From Chrysomallon squamiferum (taxonomy: Eukaryota > Animalia > Mollusca), in NCBI GenBank assembly GCA_012295275.1, contig CM022675.1:10912001-10976000 (forward strand): a stretch of 64,000 nucleotides of DNA. Reading direction: 5' to 3'. The notes beneath the pieces are model-generated. The model did no database searches, was not told where the DNA came from, and was given only the letters and a program-made list of their open reading frames with translations. Each line of letters begins with the position of its first letter. The stretch's first letter is position 1. Positions 44,383 through 59,350 of this stretch are shown here, one piece after another. The translations under genes were made by a program, and so were the position numbers.

Positions 44383-44672
44383 CATAGTAATAATAATAAT
44401 AATAATAAGGAAACATAAAAATAATCATCATCAACATCATCATCATAATAATTATATTCTGACACAAAATTATAAAGAATATAAATATTTGGTAACCTCG
44501 GTGTTTTCTAATAACAGATTTGCTGTAAGAAAATGTTAAATAATTATTCAAGTATCAAGGTAATATTTAAAAGACAAAAAAGCCCGATTTTGTTGATATG
44601 TACTATATTTTTTGAAATTATATCTTTGGTTTTATAACAAATATATTAAACTGTTAAAATTAAAAGTGAAAC

Positions 44673-44740
<68 letters not shown>

Positions 44741-44851
44741 ACAAATTGTATTTTGTTTTACTCCAAAAATAAAGTGAAATTAAAACTAATGTTTCTAGTT
44801 ATAAATGTCGGTTCGGTTTATGCTTAGATTATTACATCTTTATACACCGAT

Positions 44852-44917
<66 letters not shown>

Positions 44918-45199
44918 TATAATTATAATTGTGATAACACTGTCGTCATTTACTAATTAACTACTGCACCTTTGAAAAGCTGCCCTTAATTTTATTATTA
45001 TTATTTTTGTTTTTTTACAAGAACAGTATCTAATTCGTTATCGTTATTTATATCGAAAAAGTATATGGAACTCTAAAACGGTAAACATTTTTAAAACATT
45101 CATTAAAATTAACAGAAGTGAAAAGATTAACACAGATACACTACATATAGGGAGTCAGAACATATATATACATATACATATATATATATATGTGTGTGT

Positions 45200-46227
45200 G
45201 TGTGTATCTGTTATTTAAAATATTTATTATTTAATTACACTTTTTCATTTAATTTACACTTTCACATCACATTATATATTTTTTTGTTATTTTTCATCTA
45301 GCAGCGAAATATTGAAAACATCGAGACATTGAAATAAATGATAATGAAAAACGATGTGAGACAATGTACCAAATAGTACGATTCTCCGAATCATGGTGCT
45401 GAAATTTAGCGAAGATTTTTTTGTTTTGTTGTTTTTGTTTGTTTTTGTTTTTGTTATGAGACAGTTTCCAGGCTCGATTCTCACGACATCTAAGAGGCCT
45501 GTGTGTCTTTTGTCACAAATACCCTGAGTAACCGAGACTTCCTGTTAGTTTTATTTTTTTGTATTTTGAAATTTGACTTCATTTTTTTTTTTTTCTTTTC
45601 CTCGCCATTATTTTCTTCTTTTTCTTCGTCTTCTTCTTCTTCATTCTGTTTATTTTTTTTTTTCTTTAACGGGATTGTGGACATACGGTCTTTCTACAGA
45701 AACTATGGGTCATATTTTTGCATGCTACCTGCAGGCAAATGTTCAAGCATGCATTACTGGGCACAGCCGTTTTACGTCACTACAGAAGTCTGTCCGTGAG
45801 ACAGAGAATTCTTTTTCGACAACTCCACACTTACATCGTCATCTATCATAAAGACTTTACTATCCATTTAAATCCAGAATTAAAACTAAAGTTACGTTTT
45901 CTGTTTTCTTCTCCTAGATTTAATCACATCTGCATCTAACTTGCACGTGAATCGCAACCGTTCTTGCACCGGATAGGTCGTTTCTCAAATGACGTCATAA
46001 CACTTACGGAAATATCCGACGTAGGACGAAAAAAAATTGATATTATAATTTTCTGGTCACAAAACCGACTCAGAACAAAACTGGCAATAACACCATTTTT
46101 TTTCAGTTTATTTCTCACTTCTGTTCTTAACTTTCTTTTTATGTTTTGTTTTTTTTATAATAATTTTTTTCTTAAATACAAAGACATTTAATTTTATTAT
46201 TTTTGGGGATCCAATGACGTAATAATG
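45200..46227 (-). other. Inferred Lox5 3'UTR (3' end uncertain)
   Basis: About 1 kb of mostly unique sequence follows the stop. Minus-strand AATAAA occurs at 46198-46193, 46112-46107, 45654-45649, 45555-45550 and 45228-45223. Confidence 0.5.
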
Positions 46228-46806
<579 letters not shown>

Positions 46807-48873
46807 TCAGTTGTAAAATCACTGATATCCGACAGTAGAGAACCACTGAAATTTTATTGATAGTGTGAAAGGGCTTAAATCTTTTTCAGATTGTTTTGTC
46901 TCTCTCTCTCTGTATGTGTGTGTGTGTTTCTGTATATAAATTTCATAATTACTAGAATAAAACATATTAATCGCATTAAAGATAATTAATCCTTGAGAAT
47001 GGACTACAGAAGCACAAACTACGTCCAGTCACTCAATAATTTCAATCCTGCTTTCAACCACAGAATTTCAGCCACATTGTTTTACCCCTGGACTCACTGT
47101 CGAGTAGTTTATCTAAATTAAAATCAGTGTTTAGACGATTAAGTAGAAATAACTGAGTGAGTAGAACTGTAGCATCAACCCTTTTACAGTTCTTTCTTAG
47201 TCGATAACGAGTTTTGATCCTAAAGCCTAATACTTCGAATACTGCTATAGCTTAATCATCATGATATTAATAAACAGTTATTACATTCTTTAGTTTTAAT
47301 ATTTAAACAAAATAAAACAAAAGTGAAAAAATAAATAAATAAACAAACAAATAAACAAACAAATAAATAAATAAAGAAAGAAAGAAAGAAAGAAAGAATG
47401 AAAAAAAGAAAGAAAAATAATTAAAAAAATAATAATAAAAACATATTTGGCCGTAATTGTCTTACATTCAAATATGGATTAATAGAAGTCTTACATCATA
47501 TTAAGCAGTGGTAGAAAAACTAATCCGAATTAATAAACTTATTCAAATTAAACAGAATCAATTATGGTTTTCTCGATTTCCATTTAGCGTAACTCAAAGA
47601 TCTACGCAGACGTTATGGTCGTTTCTTGAGTGTTTTGAATTTCCATAAATACATAACAAATTTTCCACTTTTTGACCCAGGCTGAATTTTTCATTGTTTC
47701 CATCACGGCAGAGAACTGCAGAGATCGTGTAGTCACTTGATCTCGGGTTTTGTAATCGTGACATTCATGTCCTGTTTAAGTAAGAATTTATTCCGTTCAA
47801 TCTTTAGAAAGGAATATATTTGTAAATGCGACTCAAGGGAGGTAAGTCACAAACTTTACTGGCCACACGAAGAATAAGTTTGAAGAGAAGCAATCAACTT
47901 TTTATAGCTTATTGTATGAGTATGTGTATATTTGTGTACGTGTGTATGTATGTGTGTGTGAGTGTACGTAACTGTATGTATGCATCTGTGTGTGTATATA
48001 TGTGTGTGTGTGTGTGTGTGTTTGTGTGTGTGTGTATGTGTGTGTATATATATGTGTGTGTGTGTTTGTGTGTATCTGTGTGTATGTATATATGTGTGTG
48101 TGTCTGTTTGTGTTTGTGTTTGTTTATATATGCATATGCGACTATTTGTATATATTTATGTATGTGTTTTATGTGTATTTTATGTGTGTACAATCTCTGT
48201 GTGTGTGAAACAATTATGTATATATCTGAAATTTTTTATTAAATTATTTTCAACGTTCATTCGAAGATTATTTATCGTTTAAATTGTTATAAAAAAATAC
48301 AAAGCCTACAACGTCCAGCTAATATTTTAAACTTCGCTAAACCGTTAGTTTCATTCATTCTTTCTCTCTTTCCTTAATTCTTCCATCGTTCGTTCTTTCC
48401 TAACTACAAACGCTTAAATTCGTTTATCGCCATGAATAATTTCAGATAAATATCGCCATAGACACATCGCTTTTACTCTTAGTTTCTGTACATAGGAGAA
48501 ACACATTTTTATCGGTATTTTTAAACTGGCCGAAAGCAATTTCCCGTTACTGAGTCAGTAGGTCTGGTAACTTGTAAAAAAAAAAATAGTGTAATATATC
48601 TGATTTTTAATTCACCTTTTAATTCTGAAAATAACAGTTAATGTTGTGGTTATATTGTACGTGTTGTAGTTTAGAAAATGGTGATTGAATATAATATTAC
48701 AAGTGAGACATAAATAAATAAAGAAAGAGATGATGAAATGAAATAAAATTGAAATAAAATAAAATAAGTAAGTAAATAAATGAATGAATAAATAAATGTA
48801 ATTTCAACTCAGCAAATGCTAAGTTATAAATTAAATTAACAACTACTAGAAAAAATAAATTTTAATAATAATG

Positions 48874-48920
<47 letters not shown>

Positions 48921-50269
48921 TATTTATTCATTCATTCATTTATTTATTAACTATGTATGTATATGTGTATCTAAGTACGTACGTTTGTACAAATAAATTC
49001 GTATTAATTGTTTTCATATTTTTATTTATTCATTTATTCATTCATTCATTCATTCATTCATTTGTTTATTTATTATTAATAATTTGTTTAAGATACCACC
49101 AATACATGTAAAGCTCTGTTTTTAGAAGCTGAAAATGTTCACGTAATTCTCTGACCTATTTCTGTACCTGCTCGGCAATAATAAAACTGTTTAACTTACA
49201 TGAAGATATTTTTGTCCTACGCGAACATAAAAATATCCTGAGGTATTTAAAAAATAAGTGTTCATTTACTTTTTCATGCATAAGAAAGAAAAAAAAAAAA
49301 TATATATATATACCCACACATACACCTATGTATGTATGTATGTATGTATGTATGTATGTGTGTGTTTCTAAATATATATGTATGTATGTATGTATATACA
49401 TATATTATATAGAAACACATACATACATACATACATATATATATATATATGTATATATGTATATATGTATATATGTATGTATTCTTCTGCTATTCATCTA
49501 TCCGTCTGTCCATATTTCTATTCTTTCAGTCAATAGTTCTATTTTCCCCTAACAAGGAGAATTTCTATAACGACATCACGAAACTGATAAACAGCAGCAG
49601 TCTTCAGTTTCTTTTTTAGTGTTTACAGTTACGGCCGCTAGACGTACATTTCTCTACACTCAGCTTTTCGCAGCAAACTAAACCGCAAAGTCACTACGGG
49701 CTTTATCTATGTATGTATGTATGTATGTACGTATGTATATATATATATATATATATAGAACGTAATAATCCCTTGAAATCGCCGACAGGCTGCTAAAGTG
49801 ATTTATCTATGTGTCGAAAGCTTGGAGAAGTATTTCCTTTGATGTCAATTAATACAGGCGGACGTAATGTTGGGGACGCGTGTGGTCGAGGTAGAAAAAT
49901 GTTGTATAAGCGATTAACAGATACGAATTTGTACCTGCGTGTGTTTGTGTGTATGTCACCGTTATGTAATTGTGCGAGCGTTACTGTTGTTGTCGTTGTT
50001 GCTGCTGTTTTTGTGTAATTATTATTGTTGTTGTTGTTTGAATGTTGCTGTTGTAGTTATTACTGGTACTACAAATACATGACGGTGTATATGTATATGA
50101 ATGTATTTGTATATTTATGTATATGTATAATTTGTTGTGTATGTGTGTATGATGTATATAGAGACACTCAAAAACACAGCTTTTAAAATGTAATTAATTC
50201 ACAGACACGTACACATATGTAAATACATAAGTAGTGATATAAATAAATAAATAAATAAAAATCTTAAAA

Positions 50270-50300
<31 letters not shown>

Positions 50301-50321
50301 AAGTCTTAAAATACTTTCAGA

Positions 50322-50372
<51 letters not shown>

Positions 50373-50399
50373 CGTTGTTGTTGTTGTTGACGACGATGT

Positions 50400-51700
50400 C
50401 ATAGACTAACTTATGTCGCTACCGTAGCAGTTGGCTGCGACAATGACTCTGTCGAACTGGTACAATTTATCCACGTTACGTACGCAAAACAAAACAACAA
50501 AGAACCACGAAACAAAGAAAAGCTGACTGCCGTGATTCTAATGTTTATTCTCCTCGTTCAGAAATTCTGGCTTATTGGTGACAATTACTACTTCTTTTTT
50601 TTTTTTTTTTCTTATTCATCTCTCGTCAAGTTCAGCACGGTTTGTTTTGTGAGCTAAATGTTTTATTAGACTCCCTCTTAATAACGTGCCATCGTAAACT
50701 ATTCACAGCTTCCGATTGTCATTCTCGCTGAGGTTTACGTTATTAGTTAAAAGCTACTTGCACTTAACAGTAATCGGTTTGTTTAAAGGATTTAATTTCT
50801 TTTCTCATTTTTTTTCTTTTTTTTTTTTTTTTTTAGGAGAATTTGTTTTGTTTAATTCTTGTCCCCTCCCTTCTCCATCCCTCAAGAACCCCAATAAAAC
50901 TCAGTTAAGCATCGATTTCAAACTGTCAGAAGCTTCTGTCAATTACAACATGGCGAGAGTGACAAAAGTGACTCGTAAAACTTACGCGAACGTGTTTGAA
51001 AGCAATAAACGAGTATTTCGTCTTTGTCAAAAAAAAAAAACACGGTACAATTGCGAGTCAATAGATTTTTCAGCTGCAATAAACCAATTTGGTTTACTCA
51101 CCGTTTCGTTAATTTCAACTTCCCGAGGCCTCGCCGAAAACCCACGAAATTAGCGAGTATTTGGTTTGTCACTTTCAAATAAACAAATAAAATAAAATAA
51201 AATAAAATTAGGGGAAATAAATAAATAAACACGGACATCGCATAATTGACCATACCATCTAGCACGTGCGAAACACGTCATCCGCGTGATATATGACGTT
51301 GATGATGATGATGATGACGACGATGACGGCGGTGGGCTTGCAAGAAATGTTACAACGTCTTTAAAAGACACTTTTGTTTCGAGCGATCCGCAGATCGGCG
51401 TATATGTGACTTGTAATAAATGTGACACGACCTCCGACCTTTGAACTGTTCCGAGGTGTGCTGTCCTTTTATGGAGATTTATTAGAGTTTAAGCAGTGAG
51501 CGTTTTCAACCGTGCAGCGTACATCTGACAGTTGTTAGCAGACGTGAATTGCGATTTCTCTTTGAACCCAGGTGATCAGCTAGTTAGCGAAACAACCCTC
51601 GTTTTTACGAAACGGAAAAAAAAAAAAAAAAAAACTTTGAACGGGAAACGAGCCTGGTGATATTTACGACCGGGTATTTGTACACATAATACTGCACAAT
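50400..51700. promoter_or_regulatory. Intronic island series with posterior-Hox/Cdx motifs
   Basis: TTTTATTA 50661, ATCGTAAA 50691, CCAATAAAA 50891, CTCGTAAAA 50972, TTTTATGG ~51467, TTTACGA ~51604 and ~51663. Confidence 0.4.
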
Positions 51701-51902
51701 TTCCTTGTATTGTAAAATGTAATAATTCAGTGAAGATAACTACTGCTACTTCTACGATGATGATGGTGATGATGATGATGATGATGATGATGTCAGTGAT
51801 GATAATAATGGTAGTCATGCCGATGTTGATGATCGTAACGATTGTGATAACAGCAATAATAACAACGCAACAACAACAACAACACCAATAATAATAGTAG
51901 AA

Positions 51903-51937
<35 letters not shown>

Positions 51938-52098
51938 TACAATGAAGTAAAGGAAAAAATAGTTGACGTGATAACAATAATAAATATATTCATTTCAAGA
52001 AAATAGTTACATTGTAAGCAACATTATATAAAGAAATGAACAAATTATACCATCGGCTGTAAGGAAATAAAAATTATATATTCAATATTATTATTACA

Positions 52099-52145
<47 letters not shown>

Positions 52146-52248
52146 GAATCGTGATTGGTAAATAGAAAAGAAAAGAAAAGAGAAAGAAAACACAACAGAA
52201 CAAACAAACAAGTGAACAAACACGCAAGTTAACATCCAGCGTGCCACA

Positions 52249-52291
<43 letters not shown>

Positions 52292-52438
52292 ATATAGAAA
52301 TAAATAAACAAACAGACAAATAAACAAAAATATAATCAAACAAATAATTACATAAATAAATAAATAAACAAATCTTAATCTGTAATTATTTTATCTTTGA
52401 TATTCGAAAGTTAATTTAAAATTTTAAACATGTTCACA

Positions 52439-52440
<2 letters not shown>

Positions 52441-52534
<94 letters not shown>

Positions 52535-52552
52535 TACACACACACACACACA
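52441..52552. repeat. (CT)n/(CA)n compound microsatellite
   Basis: CT run followed by a CA run. Confidence 0.96.
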
Positions 52553-53800
52553 CGTGTAATGTATTGGAAACTTTAACGTAAAGCAACTAATATGGGTGGA
52601 TATATAACAGACCACAATACAAACAAAATGTAGGTTATTAAAATCATTAAAATAATAATAAACTGATAGACAAGGCATAGTCCCATAATACCCATAGGAT
52701 GCAATACTTATTTTAACATAGATGACTGGAATTACAAGCAGAGCTGAATATACTGCCAGACAGCCAGATAGACAGAAAGTCAGAGATACATGGAAACATT
52801 AGAGAAAAACAGAATTATATAAAGAGACGGACAGATACATAAATAGTTAGAAAAGCTTGTTTTTGTGTCAGAATGGTGGCGCTTATACACAGATAGAGAT
52901 AAACATCGAAAAGTATTAAGGTTGATAATACAATGACTACTATGAATACTACTACTACTACTACTAGTACTAGTACGACTACTAGTGCTGCTATGCCATT
53001 ACTATTACTATTACTAGTACAGAAACAGCAACATCTATTAGTACTGCTTCTACTGCAACAAATACTCCCACTACTATTATTATCAATATTAAAATCTAGT
53101 AGCAGTTCAAATAGTATTGCTAAAGATGTTCAAAAAAAAAAAAATGCCAGACAATTTTCTTTATTGTGTGAGAAGTATCAATATATTATTATGTAATCAT
53201 ATATATGTATGTAAGTACGTTTATATGTTTATATATGTAAGTATGTATGTGTGTGTTTATATATATATATATGGGTATATGTGGACAAACATATATATTA
53301 GAGTATGTGTATATATCAGTATTTTGTTTGTGTTTGTATGTAGACAAACATATAAATAAATACAAAATATTCAACAAAGAAATTTCTATGAAACCAAAGC
53401 TCTTAACATCTATTTATTCTTTTCCTTTTTTTTTTTTTTTCTCTTAACTTTTTTTCACTTTTTACTCGCGTACGACATATTCACTTTTCAGCTAACATTC
53501 TCACCTTGTTCTTGTGGGAGAATAATGCGTGTTATAAAATGTTTATACAGGCCGCCACAAGTCGCTTTGAATTTCTACAATACAGATGAAGGGAGCCCTC
53601 ACAGATAGTGCGAAATTTGCCAGAAGGGAAACTTAAAAGATAACGATCTAAAGTACATCTGCTGGACTGATAGGAGATACAGCACAGCTCTCTGTGTGTA
53701 TATCATAAGTAAAAATTTACTTAACCTTGGATTGGTTTTAATACGCATGTAGGTAGAAATAGTGGTTAGTGTGGTATAGCAATGTGTGGTTGTTGTTGTA

Positions 53801-53985
53801 TGAATATATATAGGTATTAAATAGTATTTAATATCATTGAATATATAGGTAGTGGTGAATAGTATTTAATATCATTGAATATATAGGTAGTAAATAGTAT
53901 TTAATATCATTGAATATATAGGTGGTAAATAGTATTTAATATCATTGAATATATAGGTAGTAAATGGTATTTAATATCATTGAAT
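53801..53985. repeat. 35-bp minisatellite, ~5 copies
   Basis: Unit TGAATATATAGGTAGTAAATAGTATTTAATATCAT in tandem with small variants. Confidence 0.93.
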
Positions 53986-54099
53986 CTTTTGAATATTATT
54001 TGTTGTGAATATTTGTTTAGTTTTATTTTGTGTTTGTTTTTGTTATTTATTTATTTACTGTTGTTGGTTTATTTTATTTACTATTATTACCATTATTAC

Positions 54100-54134
<35 letters not shown>

Positions 54135-54830
54135 GTTATTATTATTGTTGTTGTTGTTGTTGTTGTTGTTGCTATTTATTTACGTATTTGGTCTTATTAT
54201 TATTTTTATTTTTTGTATGTTTGTTAATTGAATGACAACGATACATCTAACAAATTAATTTCAGCAAACAAAGCAATTAATTTATTTCATTTACACACAC
54301 GCCCACACCCACACACATACGCACCGAAGCAGATATTACTTTCTTTGTTTTTAAACAAGTTCTAAAACTGTTGAAATTATTATCATAAATGTGCACGTTT
54401 CTCACCATTAATCCTATTAATAATAATAATTAAAAAAAAAACATAATAATAATAAATAAAACAAATTAAAAGAAAATTAAAAAATAAATAAAATAAAAAT
54501 AATAAAACAACGTACGAACAGAAAATACAATTTACAGTTGAATACTGAAATCTGTCCTATGACGAGATAAAGGAAAAATCGATTAAACTCACAAATGACG
54601 ATAATAGTATTATTCGAGTTTGCCGGAGGAGAAAACAAGCGTGAATGTAATATATTACAAAATGGAGTAATGTAGATGTGTTTCATGTGACCTTCGTCTG
54701 CTATCTCCGATATTAATTTATTAATATTAATATGAAATGATACTCCTATTGTGACTGCGACTGCAATTACTACTACTACTACTGCTAATAATTAATAACA
54801 ATACTATTCCTACTACTACTACGATTACTG

Positions 54831-54864
<34 letters not shown>

Positions 54865-55449
54865 ATAACAATAACTATTCCTACTACTATTACGATTACT
54901 GATGCTGATGCTACTACTACTGCTACTACTACTACTAATTCTGCTGCTGCTACTACTACTACTACTACTAATACTATACTACTATAACTCTACCATTAGA
55001 ACTATTATTACAACTATCAGTACGATTACTACTTCGACTGCGGATACTGATACTACCACTACTGCAGTTATCAGACTAATATACTATTTTATGTTTTTTA
55101 GGTTCACTGTTGAGACCGTTCTACTACTAATACTATTACTACTACCGCAACGCACGCTACTGCTGCTACTACGACGACATAATTATTAAACGATAAGTTC
55201 GTTACCTCTTTTTTTTATTATTATAATTAAATAATAAAGCAAAATCTTCAGTTAAATAAATGAATGCCTATTAAAATAATTCTCCATATTTTGAAAATTA
55301 TTTATTTATTTATTTAATTATTTATGTATTTATTACTACTACTACTACTACTACTACTAGTTGCTATTATTATTGTTTATTTTTACTGTTGTTGTTGCCC
55401 CTGCTACGGTTTATTTTTTTTGTTGTTGTTGTTGTTGTTGTTGTTTTGA

Positions 55450-56100
55450 TGTCGTTCCCTACCCCAGGACTTCTTCATTCTCCAGACGTTTGGGACAACG
55501 TGAGGATTTATCCACGTTTTCGAGATCTTTAATTTGGTGGCCATAAAACAAACACATCAAAACGCTAAACAGGCGGAGGAGGAAACGGCGGGCTTAACCT
55601 CGAGAAATCACGAGGCACACGGTACAGGCCAATCAGCAGCAAATGAAACAGAAGTAAACCGCTGCCGCTGAATTAAAGAAAAGGCAAATAAAAGTCTAAT
55701 TCTGCTGGCTCCCATCTAATTAGAACGTTATTACGACATTTTTCACCGACGTGAATCGATAATCCCGAAACTCAACGCCAAAGTTGAACGCGCGTCACAT
55801 AAATTCAGCGCGGTCGCACGATGTCGATAAATCACTTCCGGGTCAGAGTTACGACGAAATTGGTCACCCCCAACGTTCGTTGCCTTCGTCGACGTAATAG
55901 CGACGTTGGCATCTTGGCCTTTGGAAATATTGCTTCGTGCACAAGGGAGAGAGAGAGAGAAAAAAAAAAGCGAGAACACAGTGTTTTCATTGTGCGTCGT
56001 CTTGAAGGGCGTAGCTAATCGAGAGGGGGGGGTGGGGGGGGGGGGGGGGGGTGGAGGTGTGTCCCGTCAGTTTATAATGGCCTGCCATGAATGCAAAATG
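55450..56100. promoter_or_regulatory. Intronic promoter/enhancer-like CpG island with G-run
   Basis: GCCATAAAA ~55540, CCAAT box GGCCAATCAG 55627-55636, ATAAATCA 55827-55834, ETS-like ACTTCCGG 55834-55841, G-run 56025-56057. Confidence 0.45.
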
Positions 56101-56309
56101 TTGGTCGTCGCTTTTATATCTTTCTTTGGTTGTTTATTTTGTTTCACTCTGATTTATTTCTCGATACTTCGCTTAATAAAATTATAGTTACTGTTACTGT
56201 CGCTTCTGTTGTTTTTAGTACCCATTTCTAATATTGCTACCTTTCTTACAAGTAACGCTATTATAATTGTTTCTACTATTACTGCTATTAATATTGCTAT
56301 TAATGCTGC

Positions 56310-56412
<103 letters not shown>

Positions 56413-56489
56413 AATATGTTGTAATTATATATATGTCTCTGTGTGTGTGTGTGTGTGTGTGTTATGGTTATTATTTATTACAATACACC

Positions 56490-56526
<37 letters not shown>

Positions 56527-57039
56527 GACAGAAAGGTAGATAGATAGATACATACGTGCATACATTATATACAACCTTTCTGTGTGTATTTGAGTAGATG
56601 TGTTTCTGAATATAACCTTAAAGTCTGTTCTTTAAAAAAAAAAATCAAGCACTTGCATTTATTAACACAGACCACACGCACACAGAATATATCGTGTTTT
56701 TATTTATTTTATATTATTTCTGTCTGTTTTATTATTGTTAACGAATGTTACATGCAAAACACGAAAACGTACAATGCGCTTTAAATACGTACAGAATAAT
56801 TATCTGAACTGTAAAGACGGCTTTGTCTAATATATATATATATGTATATGTAAATGTATGTATATATGTATATATATATGTATATGTATATGTATATGTA
56901 TCCTATACTCACATGGATACTTACGTACATACATACAAAGATTCAGTTATTTATAATGATAATGATGGTGATACAATAACAACAATAAAAGTAATAATGA
57001 TGATGATGATGATAATAATAATAATTTTAATTATTTAAA

Positions 57040-57101
<62 letters not shown>

Positions 57102-57560
57102 TCTTGTACCCTGATAAATAACTTTACATACTTGCATATTCGTTATTATTATTTCAACATACATTTTACAAACACAACTGCTGCTACCACTACTATAACC
57201 ACCAACACCACCACAACAACAACCACTACCACCACCACCACCATCAGAACTATCACCACGACGACCACCACAGCTACTACCACACACAGCAGAGAAGCGA
57301 AGCTGCACACTATTATTGTCACATTATCAGTTCGACGTAGTTAAAGCTATGAAGTTTGCGATCATCTGCTTACGTTTAATCTGACATTAATATATTACTA
57401 ACATTAAACGTTTGAATGTAAGGACGGTTTATGTGCCTGCTTCATGGCTGTTTTTTTTTTTTTTTATGGCGCTGTATCTTTATGAAATGTTTCGTCGAAC
57501 CGTTTTATGGAATACTAAAATCTTTACACTCGTTTTACTTTTTACCTGAGCAGAAAATGT

Positions 57561-57597
<37 letters not shown>

Positions 57598-57848
57598 CTT
57601 TTATAATTTATTTGTTGCTATTTATCATTTATTAACATTTTAAATGTCTCGTTTATCGGTAGAGAGATTTGTCTTTGAAAACTATTCATTTCAGAAACGT
57701 ATTTGTAATCGTTAATTGTAAAGGGTATAAATAATAATGAAGGACATAAAAAAAAGAAAAAAGAAGCGAAAAGAAAAAAAGAAAAAATTAGGAAAAGAAA
57801 GGTAAGAACACAGGCTGAAAAGAAAAAAAAAAAAAAAAAAAAAAATGA

Positions 57849-57916
<68 letters not shown>

Positions 57917-58580
57917 ATTCATTATAATCATCAGCCACCGAATTTAGATTACTAGTAGTGGTATAGCACGAATATATTTGAAAATATGTTACTTTACCTT
58001 CATTTTATAGGTGATATAGACGAATTTACTGTTTAATTTTTGAACTTAAATTAATCTTTTGATGTGGATAGTAAATTACACACACACACACACTAACATA
58101 TATATATATATATATATAATTATAATTGTCTCCTTAACAGTAATTATATTCACCACAGACACAAATACATGCATATACATACATACATACATACATATAT
58201 ATATATATATTGCTGATACAGTCTACTTATCAATTATTAAACGAAATAAACTCAGACAATGAACATCGTCAGCTCTGTTTCTGAATATGAGAATTGAATT
58301 ATGAATTATTGAAGTCACGGTTTAAACGAATCGGCCAAAAGATAATTTAAAATGCTTGAAACCAATTACGCTGTACATTATTTAAAAGACGATATTACGT
58401 ACATCACACAACGTTTCAACTTACGAATACAGGCCCTGAAGGATATGTATTAATATAAATATGGGATCAAACTGTAACAGGAAAGAGTACTTAGATGGCA
58501 AAATTATAAATAGAAAGTAATGAAAAACAGTTACAGTTTTGAAGACTGTGATGGTTGTATTTATGCCGGTAACGATACTA

Positions 58581-58633
<53 letters not shown>

Positions 58634-59027
58634 ATGATGATGATGATGATGATAAAGATGGCGATGATAATAATAAGAAAGCAAATTAGTGTATTTCTTT
58701 ATTTAAATATTGTGTAATTTTATCTAGAAAAATATTGTAATAGGAGTAGGAATTTTTCAAAATACAAATAGAAATGGTAACATCCACACACACACACACA
58801 CACATACTACATAAATAAATAAATAAATAAATACATATTAGTATTAATGATATTCTAATTTTTCAGCTGGTAAACAGTTAATGTTTGACCGTATATATAG
58901 GTGTTAATATATGACAAACAAACAAAGTAATAACAAAAATAAAATAAATAGGTAAATAAATAGGTAAATAAGTAAAAAGTAAATAAGTAAATAAACAAAT
59001 AAAATAAAATAAATAAATAAATAAACA

Positions 59028-59087
<60 letters not shown>

Positions 59088-59308
59088 CTGTTAGTTAATA
59101 ATAGTTTTCAAGCAAAAAATATATTTATAAAATCTAATTAAATTTCGATATCAAATTTCAGGCTTATGTGTGTCTAGACTACATTAAAAACAAAAGATAC
59201 AAAACAATTAAAACGCACATAAAAATTTCAAGAATTTGACCATGATATTATTTGTAAATAGTATTCATAAATCTGTTCTTATTGGTGATAATAATGATGA
59301 TGATAATA

Positions 59309-59350
<42 letters not shown>

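Noticed and set aside
45500-45600. Plus-strand miR-10-like sequence as an antisense miRNA gene
   Set aside because: No complementary arm nearby to form a hairpin; better explained as a target site on the minus strand.
49917-49932. AGATACGAATTTGT resembling the 3' half of miR-10
   Set aside because: The seed (ACCCTGT) is missing and there is no star arm.
53801-53985. CRISPR-like 35-bp repeats
   Set aside because: Head-to-tail units without spacers, in animal DNA with no cas genes.
55743-55979. 78-aa minus-strand ORF as Lox5 exon 1
   Set aside because: No MSSYF-like start, no YPWM hexapeptide, and it ends in a stop rather than a donor.
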